NCBI GenBank assembly: GCA_000437395.1
Contig: FR898170.1
Coordinates: 1-51,774, forward strand
Source of the DNA: Clostridium sp. CAG:288
GTDB taxonomy: Bacteria > Bacillota_I > Bacilli_A > RFN20 > CAG-288
Length of the DNA: 51,774 nt
Reading direction: 5' to 3'
In this document: in pieces, positions 20,173-29,321 of the stretch
How positions within the stretch are numbered: position 1 is the first letter of the stretch
How the letters are laid out: each line of letters opens with the position of its first letter
Notes under the pieces: model-generated
Seen by the model: only the letters and a program-made list of their open reading frames with translations
What the model was told of the DNA's origin: nothing
Database searches by the model: none
Position numbers and translations under genes: made by a program

Positions 20173-21582
20173 TTATTTTAAATGTCTAGCATATCTTTTA
20201 ATAAAAAGTTTTTTACCATTAAAATCAGTGTTAGAATATGTCTTTTTTCTTTCTTCACCTTTATATGAACAAGTTTTTATAATTTCAATTTTTTCTCTAT
20301 CACTTAAATAATAGCGGTATTTTATGGCTTGTTCTAAATAGTATGAAGCTAATTCATTATTTAAAGAATCAGGTCCAACTATTTCAATATTTTGATTAAT
20401 CATGTCATCGGAAATAATCCAAGATTTAAGTGAATAGAAATTTATACGCATGTTTACTATTACTAGATTATTATCTGATTTATTCTTTCCTTCGATAGGT
20501 ATAAGATAAGACTGTTTTAATTTTGTGGGCATAATAAAAACTTTTGATACATGCACATCCTTATTTATTCTAAAATCAGCACATAGTTTATAGTTTAAAG
20601 GTGTTCCAAAATAACTTTCAAATGAGTTTTTTATGTATTCTAAATTTTTCTTTAAAAAATAGAAAGAACAATCAACAGCAGCCCCATTAGTAGGCAAGAT
20701 ATTTTGGTCAATATATTCATCTATTGTTCCAAAATGTTTTTTGTTGAATGGCGAAATATTATTAAACCATTGATTTATATCTCTGTCATCAGCCATATCT
20801 TCAATTAATATTTTGTCGTTAGATTCGAAAGGAATATCTAATAATTCAATAGGTTCACATATTATTTTTGGTTTTTCATTTCCTAATGTAGTTATTTGAA
20901 GGAGAATAGCCCAAGGTTTATTTTGATATTCCTTAATCTTATAAACTTTGTACCATTGTTTTGTAACTACTGTTTCTACATATTTATGATTTGTATTTTT
21001 GCTATTTTTAGCGTTTCTAAAATTAAAAACTGTTCTAGTGCTATTAATGCATATTAATTTGTTTTCTTTTAAAGCTTGATTAATAAGATTAATTTTTCTA
21101 TCACTTTCTTTATTAAATTTTTTTACGTTATTTGTTAAATTGCTAGCTTCTTTTAAATATCTATCTCGATTAAATCTATTTGCAAAGTTATCTAATATTC
21201 TTTCAATTAAGAAATCAGTGTCTTCATCAGCAGTATATTTGTCATTTTTAATAGCAGCGATGATTTTAATCACTTGCTCTTCTGATAAATAAAATTTTTG
21301 TTCTACATAATATTTTCCGCTATCAGTTGTTTCAATAATAAATGGAACCTTATCGGAAAATTTATCTGATATTTCTTTTAAAAAGTCTAAAGACTCTTTT
21401 ATTCTTTGTCTTTTTACTTCATTACCTGATGTTTTAGTAGAATCGTATTTTAGTCCAAATTCTGTGGCATACCGACATATTTTTTGTTGAGTTGCTGGAT
21501 GTTCTTCATCAGTAAAATTTAATAAATAGTCTAAAGTTATTAATAGTTCTATTCTATGTATTTGTTTATCTGTTAAAGCCAT
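20173..21582 (-). CDS. putative HTH-WYL-WCX type transcriptional regulator (BrxR/CapW-like), first gene of operon
   Basis: 469 aa; N-terminal wHTH-like segment; central KQWYKVYK...KPWAILLQI...IICEPIELLDI reminiscent of a WYL domain; C-terminal NIEIVGPDSLNNELASYYLEQAIKY resembles the WCX domain ending V.VLEP..LR; assignment by eye only. Confidence 0.3.
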   Translation of the reverse strand: MALTDKQIHRIELLITLDYLLNFTDEEHPATQQKICRYATEFGLKYDSTKTSGNEVKRQRIKESLDFLKEISDKFSDKVPFIIETTDSGKYYVEQKFYLSEEQVIKIIAAIKNDKYTADEDTDFLIERILDNFANRFNRDRYLKEASNLTNNVKKFNKESDRKINLINQALKENKLICINSTRTVFNFRNAKNSKNTNHKYVETVVTKQWYKVYKIKEYQNKPWAILLQITTLGNEKPKIICEPIELLDIPFESNDKILIEDMADDRDINQWFNNISPFNKKHFGTIDEYIDQNILPTNGAAVDCSFYFLKKNLEYIKNSFESYFGTPLNYKLCADFRINKDVHVSKVFIMPTKLKQSYLIPIEGKNKSDNNLVIVNMRINFYSLKSWIISDDMINQNIEIVGPDSLNNELASYYLEQAIKYRYYLSDREKIEIIKTCSYKGEERKKTYSNTDFNGKKLFIKRYARHLK

Positions 21583-21643
21583 CTTAAAACTCCTCTTTAT
21601 ATTTAATATTATACATTTTATTATTTAAGATTTTAATTATATT

Positions 21644-21844
21644 TTATTTGTTGATAATATAAACTTCGAAATCTTTATTGCATCTTTTGCATCTGTGTTT
21701 ACCCATAGATTTTCTAGTATTTCTATTAACTACAGTTCTATATTTGATATATTCGTTGACATGACCACAATATGGACATCTTGCATACCATTTAACATCA
21801 GTATCACTAGTTTGCTCTACAATTGCGTTTTCTGCAAAAATCAT
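21644..21844 (-). CDS. small zinc-ribbon protein
   Basis: 66 aa; CPYCGH...CKRCN four-Cys motif. Confidence 0.4.
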   Translation of the reverse strand: MIFAENAIVEQTSDTDVKWYARCPYCGHVNEYIKYRTVVNRNTRKSMGKHRCKRCNKDFEVYIINK

Positions 21845-22002
21845 ATTATTTTATCCTCCATAATTTTGTTTTTCCTAGGAACAATTACTATTATAGAGAA
21901 AAATTATATATAATTGTGAAAATGGTTACTTTTGTACTAATATAAGAACAAAATATATGATTTTATAATGGCAAATGAATAAAATTATAAGCTGTACTAA
22001 AT

Positions 22003-22329
22003 CTATAATTTATTATATTTAGTAGAAACACCTTTGGCTTTTGACACTGGATATTTCTTCTTTGTTTTTTCTAATTTATCTAAGACAATTTCATGTATGT
22101 CTAAATCTAACTTTGAAGCCATTTGGATGCAATAGTTAATAACATCTGCTAACTCTTCTTTAACTGCATTAATGTCATAATTATCATCAGACCATTGGAA
22201 GCATTCTAAAAGTTCATTAGCTTCTATTGAAATAGATTTAGCTAAATTACCTAGTGAATGGAATTGATCCCAATCTCTTTCTGTTACAAACTCGTCAATT
22301 TTATTTTTTAAATCAACTAATGAATCCAT
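22003..22329 (-). CDS. MazG-like nucleotide pyrophosphohydrolase (small all-alpha NTP-PPase)
   Basis: 108 aa; EANELLE...EELADVINY motif pair typical of MazG/YpjD-type proteins. Confidence 0.6.
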   Translation of the reverse strand: MDSLVDLKNKIDEFVTERDWDQFHSLGNLAKSISIEANELLECFQWSDDNYDINAVKEELADVINYCIQMASKLDLDIHEIVLDKLEKTKKKYPVSKAKGVSTKYNKL

Positions 22330-22422
22330 GGCAAAATCCTCTTTTACTTAAATTTACTATTAGTAATTCTACTATAAAAATAAATTAATAAGTAAAATTA
22401 TTAAGTGGTTTCAGCAAATATT

Positions 22423-24771
22423 TTATTTCATATTTAATTTAACTTTTCTAATAATTGAATTAAAATTTTCCCATCCACCAGTAGATAAATTATAATCGTG
22501 ATAATTTTTACCTATAAATATATAGAACTGTGAGCCTTGTTTAACAACAATTCCACCAATGACCTTAGGTGCTTTCCCGCGATTTGAATTAGTATTTGAA
22601 ATAAAATCAGCTAATGCGTTTGATTTAGTTATTGTATCTTCAATTCTTAAATTTATTGGTTTTGTGTCAAAAATGCCTACAGTTCCATCTTTAAATTTAA
22701 CAATAAAATCTGGCTGAAAAGTATTCATTCCGTTATTGTATGATATGCCAAAATTAATTTTCATAAGTTCGGCTCCATTTTCCCAATACCATTCAACTTC
22801 TTCTTGAATATCCAAATATGCTAAAAAGTCTCTTTCAAGATTATTATCAGGATTATTATTTTCATCTTTTAAAACGAATAGTGGGTGATATAAAGATTTT
22901 ATAGCTGGAATTAATTCTGTATGTGTTTCTAATGAGTATGGTCTTGTTTCATCGATTTTAAAATGATATTTTTCACCTTTTCTTCCAGCTTCTGTAGAAA
23001 GTAATTCTCTAAAATTACGAGTTGCTTCAGATAAAATTTCAGAGAAAATGTTCTTATTATTAACAACTAATTTCATAATGCATTTAACCTTATCAGAACG
23101 AGGAAAAACGTTGTAAAAAATACTAAAAGCATTAATTATTGCTGAATTGATAGGTGATTTGGATCTTACATAAGCTAATCCATTCAAATTTTCTTTAATT
23201 AAGGAATTATAAGATGCTTGTATATCGTTTTCAGACATTTTAACTATTGCAGAATCATTAAATATACTTTCATCTTTATCTACATCAGTCGAATTAATTC
23301 TTGTTTCTTCAATAATTTCATCAGAAGCAATTAATGTTAGATTCATACCTTTTTCTATTAATTTACAACTAAGACTATCAACTAATGGTGGATATTTATC
23401 ACTATCTTTTAATTCAAAAAACCTCATAAATGATTTTAAAAAGAAATCATTAAATCGTGAATCTGCAGAGTTATAATCTCCTTGTCTAGATCTATAAAAA
23501 GAAGTTAATTGAGTTTGCTCCCATACAATATTTCTATTATAAGGTTCTATCATTTTTGAAAATTCTGTTTTAATTTTATTTGGATTATATGTATCTGATT
23601 TTCTTTCAAAAGTTGCTAAATTGGTAAAAATATATGCATTATCTAATAAATAATCATTATAAGAATGCGCTTCAGCAGTTCGAAGAATCCTTCCTATGGT
23701 TTGTATCTCAAATGTTTCAGATTTTCCATCTCTAAACTTTATTAAAATATGAGCTCTTGGGCAATCCCATCCAGTAGCTACTGAAGTTTTAAAAACTAAA
23801 TATTCAGTAATATCATTATTCTTTTTTATTGCTTGTTTATCAAAATTTGCTTTATTGTCACACCAAAATTTTAGTTTGCCATTATCTTCTGTAATATCTC
23901 TATCTCTTAAGAAATCAGTAATAACAAGTTTTTTTGCTTCTCCTTCATCAACATTTGGAATTTGAATTAATACTAATGGATTAACAGGTATGCCTAATTC
24001 TTTATATCTAGAAATAATTTGATTTCTTTTTTCAAATCCTTTTTCTAAAATTAATATTTCACTATCTTTTTCTGCTAATGATAAATCTATTTTAGATATA
24101 CCTTCATTAACAAATACGTCTTCTTTTATCATTCCTTCATCTATAACTTTTTGTGGTTCTATCTCAACATCGATATGATCACTGAGTGGTGTGGCTGACA
24201 TTTCTATAGTTATATTAGGAATAATTATAGTTTCTCTAAATTCATGAATTCGTGCTTTTTGTGATGAGCCAATATGGGATTCATCAACAACAAGAATTAC
24301 TTTTGTGCCATTTTTCTTTGTTTGTTCAATTACATCAATAAAGTTCATTCCTTCTTGGTCTTTCATCAAATTATTAGCCCATTTATCAGTTTCTCTGTCT
24401 TTTTGAATAAGTTTTTCCCAGTTAATGAAAACAATTTCTTTATTTTTTATAAATCTTCTTGAACCAAAGAAGTCGTCTTCGAGTAATGAGCATACAGGAT
24501 TTCCTCCTAAATATTTTTTTACAGCTTCTAATGATTGCTTATGAAGTTCTCCTTTTCCAGGGCAAGCCCAAATTACGCAAAAATTTATTTCGTTATTTTC
24601 CTCTGCAATTTCTTCAAAAACAGAGGAAGCCATAAATGTTTTTCCTGATCCAGTAGGGGCTTTAAAAATTATTGATTTTTTATTCTTTGCATTTAAATAA
24701 TTGTTTATATATTCTTTTAATTCATCGACAGCATCTCGTTGATATGGTTTTAATGAGAAAATCATGTTCAT
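22423..24771 (-). CDS. res: Type III restriction enzyme, Res subunit (SF2 helicase + endonuclease)
   Basis: 782 aa; helicase motif I KAPTGSGKTF, motif II LVVDESH; immediately downstream of and overlapping (ATGA) the mod gene. Confidence 0.75.
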   Translation of the reverse strand: MNMIFSLKPYQRDAVDELKEYINNYLNAKNKKSIIFKAPTGSGKTFMASSVFEEIAEENNEINFCVIWACPGKGELHKQSLEAVKKYLGGNPVCSLLEDDFFGSRRFIKNKEIVFINWEKLIQKDRETDKWANNLMKDQEGMNFIDVIEQTKKNGTKVILVVDESHIGSSQKARIHEFRETIIIPNITIEMSATPLSDHIDVEIEPQKVIDEGMIKEDVFVNEGISKIDLSLAEKDSEILILEKGFEKRNQIISRYKELGIPVNPLVLIQIPNVDEGEAKKLVITDFLRDRDITEDNGKLKFWCDNKANFDKQAIKKNNDITEYLVFKTSVATGWDCPRAHILIKFRDGKSETFEIQTIGRILRTAEAHSYNDYLLDNAYIFTNLATFERKSDTYNPNKIKTEFSKMIEPYNRNIVWEQTQLTSFYRSRQGDYNSADSRFNDFFLKSFMRFFELKDSDKYPPLVDSLSCKLIEKGMNLTLIASDEIIEETRINSTDVDKDESIFNDSAIVKMSENDIQASYNSLIKENLNGLAYVRSKSPINSAIINAFSIFYNVFPRSDKVKCIMKLVVNNKNIFSEILSEATRNFRELLSTEAGRKGEKYHFKIDETRPYSLETHTELIPAIKSLYHPLFVLKDENNNPDNNLERDFLAYLDIQEEVEWYWENGAELMKINFGISYNNGMNTFQPDFIVKFKDGTVGIFDTKPINLRIEDTITKSNALADFISNTNSNRGKAPKVIGGIVVKQGSQFYIFIGKNYHDYNLSTGGWENFNSIIRKVKLNMK

Positions 24772-26537
24772 TCACCTCTTTTTATTTCTTCAACAATTTC
24801 TTTATAAATTTCATATATTTTAGATGGTATTGGTTTAATGATTACATCTTTATCATTAATTAATGTTGGATCGACATCATTGTTTGAAGAATAAATATAA
24901 ACAATTTTTGATCCAATTGTTTTTAAAATTCTTTGTTTGAATTCATCAAACTTTTCTTTTGAATAGTAATCATTAAATATAAATAAATGTTTATTTTTTG
25001 ATTTGTAATGTGATGAATAATCATTTCTTTCAACTTCTTCAAAAATATTTTCCGCTATACACAAAAGTCCATCAACTTTTTCTACTAAACTATATCGTGC
25101 TTGCTCAGTGTTGTTTTCATCCTTAACAAAATCTGTTTTAAAATAAAATAAATTATTTGGTAAACCTTCACTATATTTTGTTGCATCAGGCCTAATTCCA
25201 CTTATGACTGTTTTTAATCGAGGATAAGTTACGCCAGTGCAAATATTATTTTCATTATTAGTGCATAGAATAAATTTACGATGACCGCCATCTTCTTTAT
25301 TTAGCTCCATTACTGCTTGTCCAGTTGTTCCAGAACCAGCAAAAAAATCAAGGACTGTAAAATTGTTATTATGTTGTTTTAAATCGTAATTATAATATAA
25401 ACTTAATAAATATTTTATCAATGAAACTGGTTTAGGATAAGAAAATATATTTTGTGTAATTATATTACTTAATTCGTTACTACCCTCTTCATTTACACCT
25501 ACTTTTGTTTTAAATCTGTTGATTGAACATAAAGGGTTATTAGTATTTGTAAAAATTAATTGTTTTGGAGATTCATTTGTTGTTTTTCCTAAATGGTAAA
25601 CTGTTCTAATTGCAAAACCATCAGATTTAATCCAAAATGTTGTTCCTTTGTTTATTTCTTCATCAATTGTTTTTTGCGACCATCTAGATTTGAATTTTAA
25701 AATTAGATCATTTGCATTTAGACTATTCTTAATTATGACAGGTTTTATAAGAAGATATGATTCATTCTTAGAAGTTTTATATGTTCCATCTTTTAAATTA
25801 AATTTAACTGTTCCTTTTTTGAATGTTAATATGTTTTCTTTATTGCTTGCGTTAAATAATGGCGCATCTATTAAATCAGTTTTAACTTTCTCAACTAATA
25901 ATTCTTTTAAAGATCCATTATCGCTATTAAATAACTTCTTAGCGTAACATAAAATATATTCGCAATTAGAATAGTAATTTATCTTTTGTCTTCCAAAATG
26001 TTGTGTTTTTTCCCAACAAAAGTTTGTTATGAAATTATTTTCACCAAAAATAGAATCACACAAGAGCTTTAAATTTGCTTGTTCTTTATCATCAATAGAA
26101 ATAAAAATTATACCATCTTTTTTCAATAGTTCTTTTGCAAGCACAAGTCTTTTTGATATCATATTTAGCCACTTTGAATGTCTATAACAATCTTCTTTAT
26201 CGACAAATTTATCGTTATAAGAAAAATCATTATGCCCTGTGTTATACGGAGGATCAATGTAAATAATATCAATAGTTTCTTTAGCCACAAAATTTAGAGC
26301 AGTCAAAGCATGATAATTGTCGCCTTCAATAAGAATATTATTTTCTCCTTCATTACATATTATTTTTTTATCTTCTTCTTGAACTAATAAAGGAATATTA
26401 TTTTCACAATGTAAAACAACATCTTCTTTTGTATCTTCTTTATCCCATACTAATCCATATTTGTTTAGAAATTTCAATTTAGATTCTAATTCAATTATTC
26501 TTTTTTCTAAATCTTCGTAGCTTTTTTTCTTATCCAT
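24768..26537 (-). CDS. mod: Type III restriction-modification N6-adenine DNA methyltransferase, Mod subunit
   Basis: 589 aa; motif IV IYIDPPYNTG precedes motif I VLDFFAGSGTTG (beta-class order typical of Type III Mod); no separate specificity gene. Confidence 0.8.
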   Translation of the reverse strand: MDKKKSYEDLEKRIIELESKLKFLNKYGLVWDKEDTKEDVVLHCENNIPLLVQEEDKKIICNEGENNILIEGDNYHALTALNFVAKETIDIIYIDPPYNTGHNDFSYNDKFVDKEDCYRHSKWLNMISKRLVLAKELLKKDGIIFISIDDKEQANLKLLCDSIFGENNFITNFCWEKTQHFGRQKINYYSNCEYILCYAKKLFNSDNGSLKELLVEKVKTDLIDAPLFNASNKENILTFKKGTVKFNLKDGTYKTSKNESYLLIKPVIIKNSLNANDLILKFKSRWSQKTIDEEINKGTTFWIKSDGFAIRTVYHLGKTTNESPKQLIFTNTNNPLCSINRFKTKVGVNEEGSNELSNIITQNIFSYPKPVSLIKYLLSLYYNYDLKQHNNNFTVLDFFAGSGTTGQAVMELNKEDGGHRKFILCTNNENNICTGVTYPRLKTVISGIRPDATKYSEGLPNNLFYFKTDFVKDENNTEQARYSLVEKVDGLLCIAENIFEEVERNDYSSHYKSKNKHLFIFNDYYSKEKFDEFKQRILKTIGSKIVYIYSSNNDVDPTLINDKDVIIKPIPSKIYEIYKEIVEEIKRGE

Positions 26538-26558
26538 TTATATTATTGCTCCATTTTT

Positions 26559-26667
26559 GTACACCTTTAAAAACTTCTAAAAATGGACAAATTTTGACTA
26601 AAAAATGAAGATTTAATGAGAATTTATGCTATAATTTTAAATATGAACTAGGTACTATAAGGTGTAC
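26559..26667. repeat. 9-bp inverted repeat pair (gtacacctt / aaggtgtac) in the mod-recombinase divergent intergenic region; possible recombinase site or operator
   Basis: gtacacctt at 26559-26567 and its exact reverse complement at 26659-26667; second copy sits in a local palindrome ggtac..gtacc. Confidence 0.3.
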
Positions 26668-26709
26668 CTTTATAAACTACCAATAATAATTGAAATTTGA
26701 CTTTATAAC

Positions 26710-27348
26710 TTGTTTTTAAGCATATATACGCATACGGAGGTAAAGCACATGAAGTATGCATATGTTAGAGTATCAACAGCATCGCAAAACATAGATAGAC
26801 AGATGGAAGAAATGTTTAGACAAGATATTGAATTCAAAAATATCTTTATCGATTATCAATCTGGTAAAGATTTTGAAAGAAAAAATTATCAAAAGTTAAT
26901 AAAGAGATTAAAAAAAGATGATCTATTAGTTATTAAATCAATAGATCGCCTTGGTAGAGATTATAATATGATTTTAGATGAGTGGAAAAAGATAACTAAA
27001 ATAATTGAAGCAGATATTATGGTTATTGATATGCCTTTATTAGATACACGTGTTGAAGGTAAGAATTTAGTTGGTAAGTTTATAAGTGATATTGTTTTAC
27101 AAGTATTATCTTTTGTTGCTCAGAATGAACGTGAAAATATAAAACAAAGGCAAGCGGAAGGTATTAGAATAGCTAAAGCTAAAGGAGTTCATATGGGAAG
27201 ACCTAATTATGTTTTACCTAATAATTATGAACATGTTATAAATAAATATATTAAACGTGAAATTAATAACAAAGAAGCTCAACAATTATTAAATATGTCT
27301 AGAGGAACGTTCTTTAAATATTTAAAAATATATAAAGAAAAAAGATAA
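26710..27348 (+). CDS. serine site-specific recombinase (resolvase/invertase family)
   Basis: 212 aa; N-terminal catalytic motif MKYAYVRVSTASQNIDRQ; DRLGRD box; C-terminal HTH. Confidence 0.8.
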   Translation: MFLSIYTHTEVKHMKYAYVRVSTASQNIDRQMEEMFRQDIEFKNIFIDYQSGKDFERKNYQKLIKRLKKDDLLVIKSIDRLGRDYNMILDEWKKITKIIEADIMVIDMPLLDTRVEGKNLVGKFISDIVLQVLSFVAQNERENIKQRQAEGIRIAKAKGVHMGRPNYVLPNNYEHVINKYIKREINNKEAQQLLNMSRGTFFKYLKIYKEKR

Positions 27349-27380
27349 CCTAATATGCTATAGGTTATCTTGTTAACATT
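27343..27380. terminator. bidirectional terminator between convergent recombinase and DUF4276-like genes
   Basis: 10-bp stem agataaccta/taggttatct overlapping the recombinase stop codon, followed by T-rich tract. Confidence 0.55.
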
Positions 27381-27909
27381 TTATTATTTCTTTTAAAGTT
27401 AGTTGATTCTTTTGATGTACTTTTCCACGTTTAGAAATATATATATTAATTAATTCTATTATCTCATCATTTGACATTTTTGAAAAATAATCAGTTATAA
27501 ACTCAGATTGTTTTTTATATTTTTTGTTTTTCTTCCGATAAAATTCATTAGCTTTTATTCCAGTATTAGCTTTGGAAAATTCTGCATAATAATTTTCTTT
27601 TAAAATAAATAATATTTCAAATTCTGGTAAAGTACATATATCATATTTGGCTTTTATTTTTTGTGGCAATACAATTTTAGGAGTTTTTAAAGTGTCAGAA
27701 AGCTTATCCCCTACTCTATAAATAGTGACATTATCGTTTGGACTTAGCATCAAAATATTAGCCAAAACTTCTCCTTCAATTTTACGGCATTGTTTAATTT
27801 CGCCAGTTAGTAATTCTTTTTTATCAAATTTTAATAGACCTTTTTCTAAGACGACATTAAGAAATGCTAACTCGCTATTTCCTTCAGTCATTATTAATAT
27901 GTAAGTCAT
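27373..27909 (-). CDS. DUF4276/RloB-like (TOPRIM-like) partner of AAA ATPase
   Basis: 178 aa; N-terminal ILIMTEGNSELAFLNVVL matches the EG.sE start of DUF4276/RloB families; overlaps ATPase gene by 26 nt. Confidence 0.4.
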   Translation of the reverse strand: MTYILIMTEGNSELAFLNVVLEKGLLKFDKKELLTGEIKQCRKIEGEVLANILMLSPNDNVTIYRVGDKLSDTLKTPKIVLPQKIKAKYDICTLPEFEILFILKENYYAEFSKANTGIKANEFYRKKNKKYKKQSEFITDYFSKMSNDEIIELINIYISKRGKVHQKNQLTLKEIIKC

Positions 27910-29065
27910 TAATAATCAATTCCTTAACATTTAGTAATTGCTCATAGTTAAATGATGTGTTAAATACATTGTTATCAAACTGATTGCTCTTTGATAATTC
28001 AGTTCTTACATCGTAATCAGAATATAAATTTTTAACATTAACATATCCATTTTCTTTATGAGTAATAAATATATTATCTCTTCTGCTTAGAGAATCTAAT
28101 ATTTCTGTATAGTGTGTACTAAAAATAAGTTTGGCACCTTTTGAATTTATATTTTTACTGTTAAATATAAATAATAAATTCTTAACTAAATTTTTGTGAA
28201 AACAATTTTCTATTTCATCAACAATAAATACTTTTCCGTATTTTAAAGCGTTTATACTTCTTACATATAATTCTACGCCTCTGAATGTTCCTGAGGATAA
28301 AATAGATAACAATTCAAGTTTAGAAATAATTATTTCTTTTTCATTTATTCTTTTAAATTTAACTAAATCAGAATTATCACAAATTATATATTCAATACTT
28401 TCATCAAGTAGTTTTATGATGGATGAAACTAATTCTTTATCGCAACTATTTAAGCTAGCAAAAAAAGTATTTCTAACAATATTTCCGTCAAAGTTAACAA
28501 TGTTGTTATTGCTAAATTCATCAACGCTTATTTTATCTCCAGTAATTTTGGCAATTGCTGAAGTATCTAATAATGATGATTTTAGTATTTCACTTTCATC
28601 AACACCATTAGTATTTAATAAGTCTAAATTTACTATTCCTCGTGCTTTATTGTATTCTAGCTTTATTAATTTCTCATTAGTAATTGGAGAATAGATATTT
28701 GCTATTGAAAGTTTATCTATTTCAATTTTATTAAATGTGCAACTATAGTTATATAAGAATCCTTCTAAATAAAAAACTATATTTAAATCTATGCTATCCT
28801 TTTTAAATTCACGTGGAATAAATTCCCATCTACCTGTTTGTAAGAATAATAAAGTTTTAAGAACTAAAGAAAGTGCAGTTGATTTTCCTGATGAGTTTCC
28901 ACCAACAAAAGCAATACTTCTAAAAGTATTTAATCCTTTATCTATTTCTTCAATTTCACTTAGTTTATCTTTTTGGTATACTCTTGTTCTTGTTGTAAAA
29001 TCCAATTCAAAGTTATCTTCTAACAATTTAAAACCACTTGCTTTTACCTTTAATAACTCTAACAT
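27884..29065 (-). CDS. AAA-family ATPase of the ABC/OLD-like (AAA_15/AAA_21) type
   Basis: 393 aa; Walker A FVGGNSSGKST near N-terminus; distal Walker B/D-loop-like VFIVDEIENCFH; architecture typical of RloA/PARIS-AriA/Septu-PtuA-like ATPases. Confidence 0.7.
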   Translation of the reverse strand: MLELLKVKASGFKLLEDNFELDFTTRTRVYQKDKLSEIEEIDKGLNTFRSIAFVGGNSSGKSTALSLVLKTLLFLQTGRWEFIPREFKKDSIDLNIVFYLEGFLYNYSCTFNKIEIDKLSIANIYSPITNEKLIKLEYNKARGIVNLDLLNTNGVDESEILKSSLLDTSAIAKITGDKISVDEFSNNNIVNFDGNIVRNTFFASLNSCDKELVSSIIKLLDESIEYIICDNSDLVKFKRINEKEIIISKLELLSILSSGTFRGVELYVRSINALKYGKVFIVDEIENCFHKNLVKNLLFIFNSKNINSKGAKLIFSTHYTEILDSLSRRDNIFITHKENGYVNVKNLYSDYDVRTELSKSNQFDNNVFNTSFNYEQLLNVKELIINDLHINND

Positions 29066-29321
29066 AAAATTGCTCTCCTTGCGCGCATAATTATATCAAA
29101 TAAATTTAGAATAATCAATCACTAAAACATATTTTTTGTTTTAATGATTATAAATAGTATATGTTTTCTTTACTATTTCTATTAATATAAGAGACTATTT
29201 TACTTTAAAATTTAATATTTTCTTACAACTTATATAAATTATTTTTTATTTTTATATGATATATTTATTATTGTAAACAATAGATATTAGTTATTTAAAC
29301 TATATCTTTTGGAGAATAAAT

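Noticed and set aside
26522-26528. T7 (coding-strand A7) homopolymer at codons 3-5 of the Type III mod gene as a phase-variation switch
   Set aside because: Seven nucleotides is short and ordinary for this AT-rich genome; phase-variable mod genes usually carry longer tracts or multi-copy SSRs. No longer repeat seen in mod.
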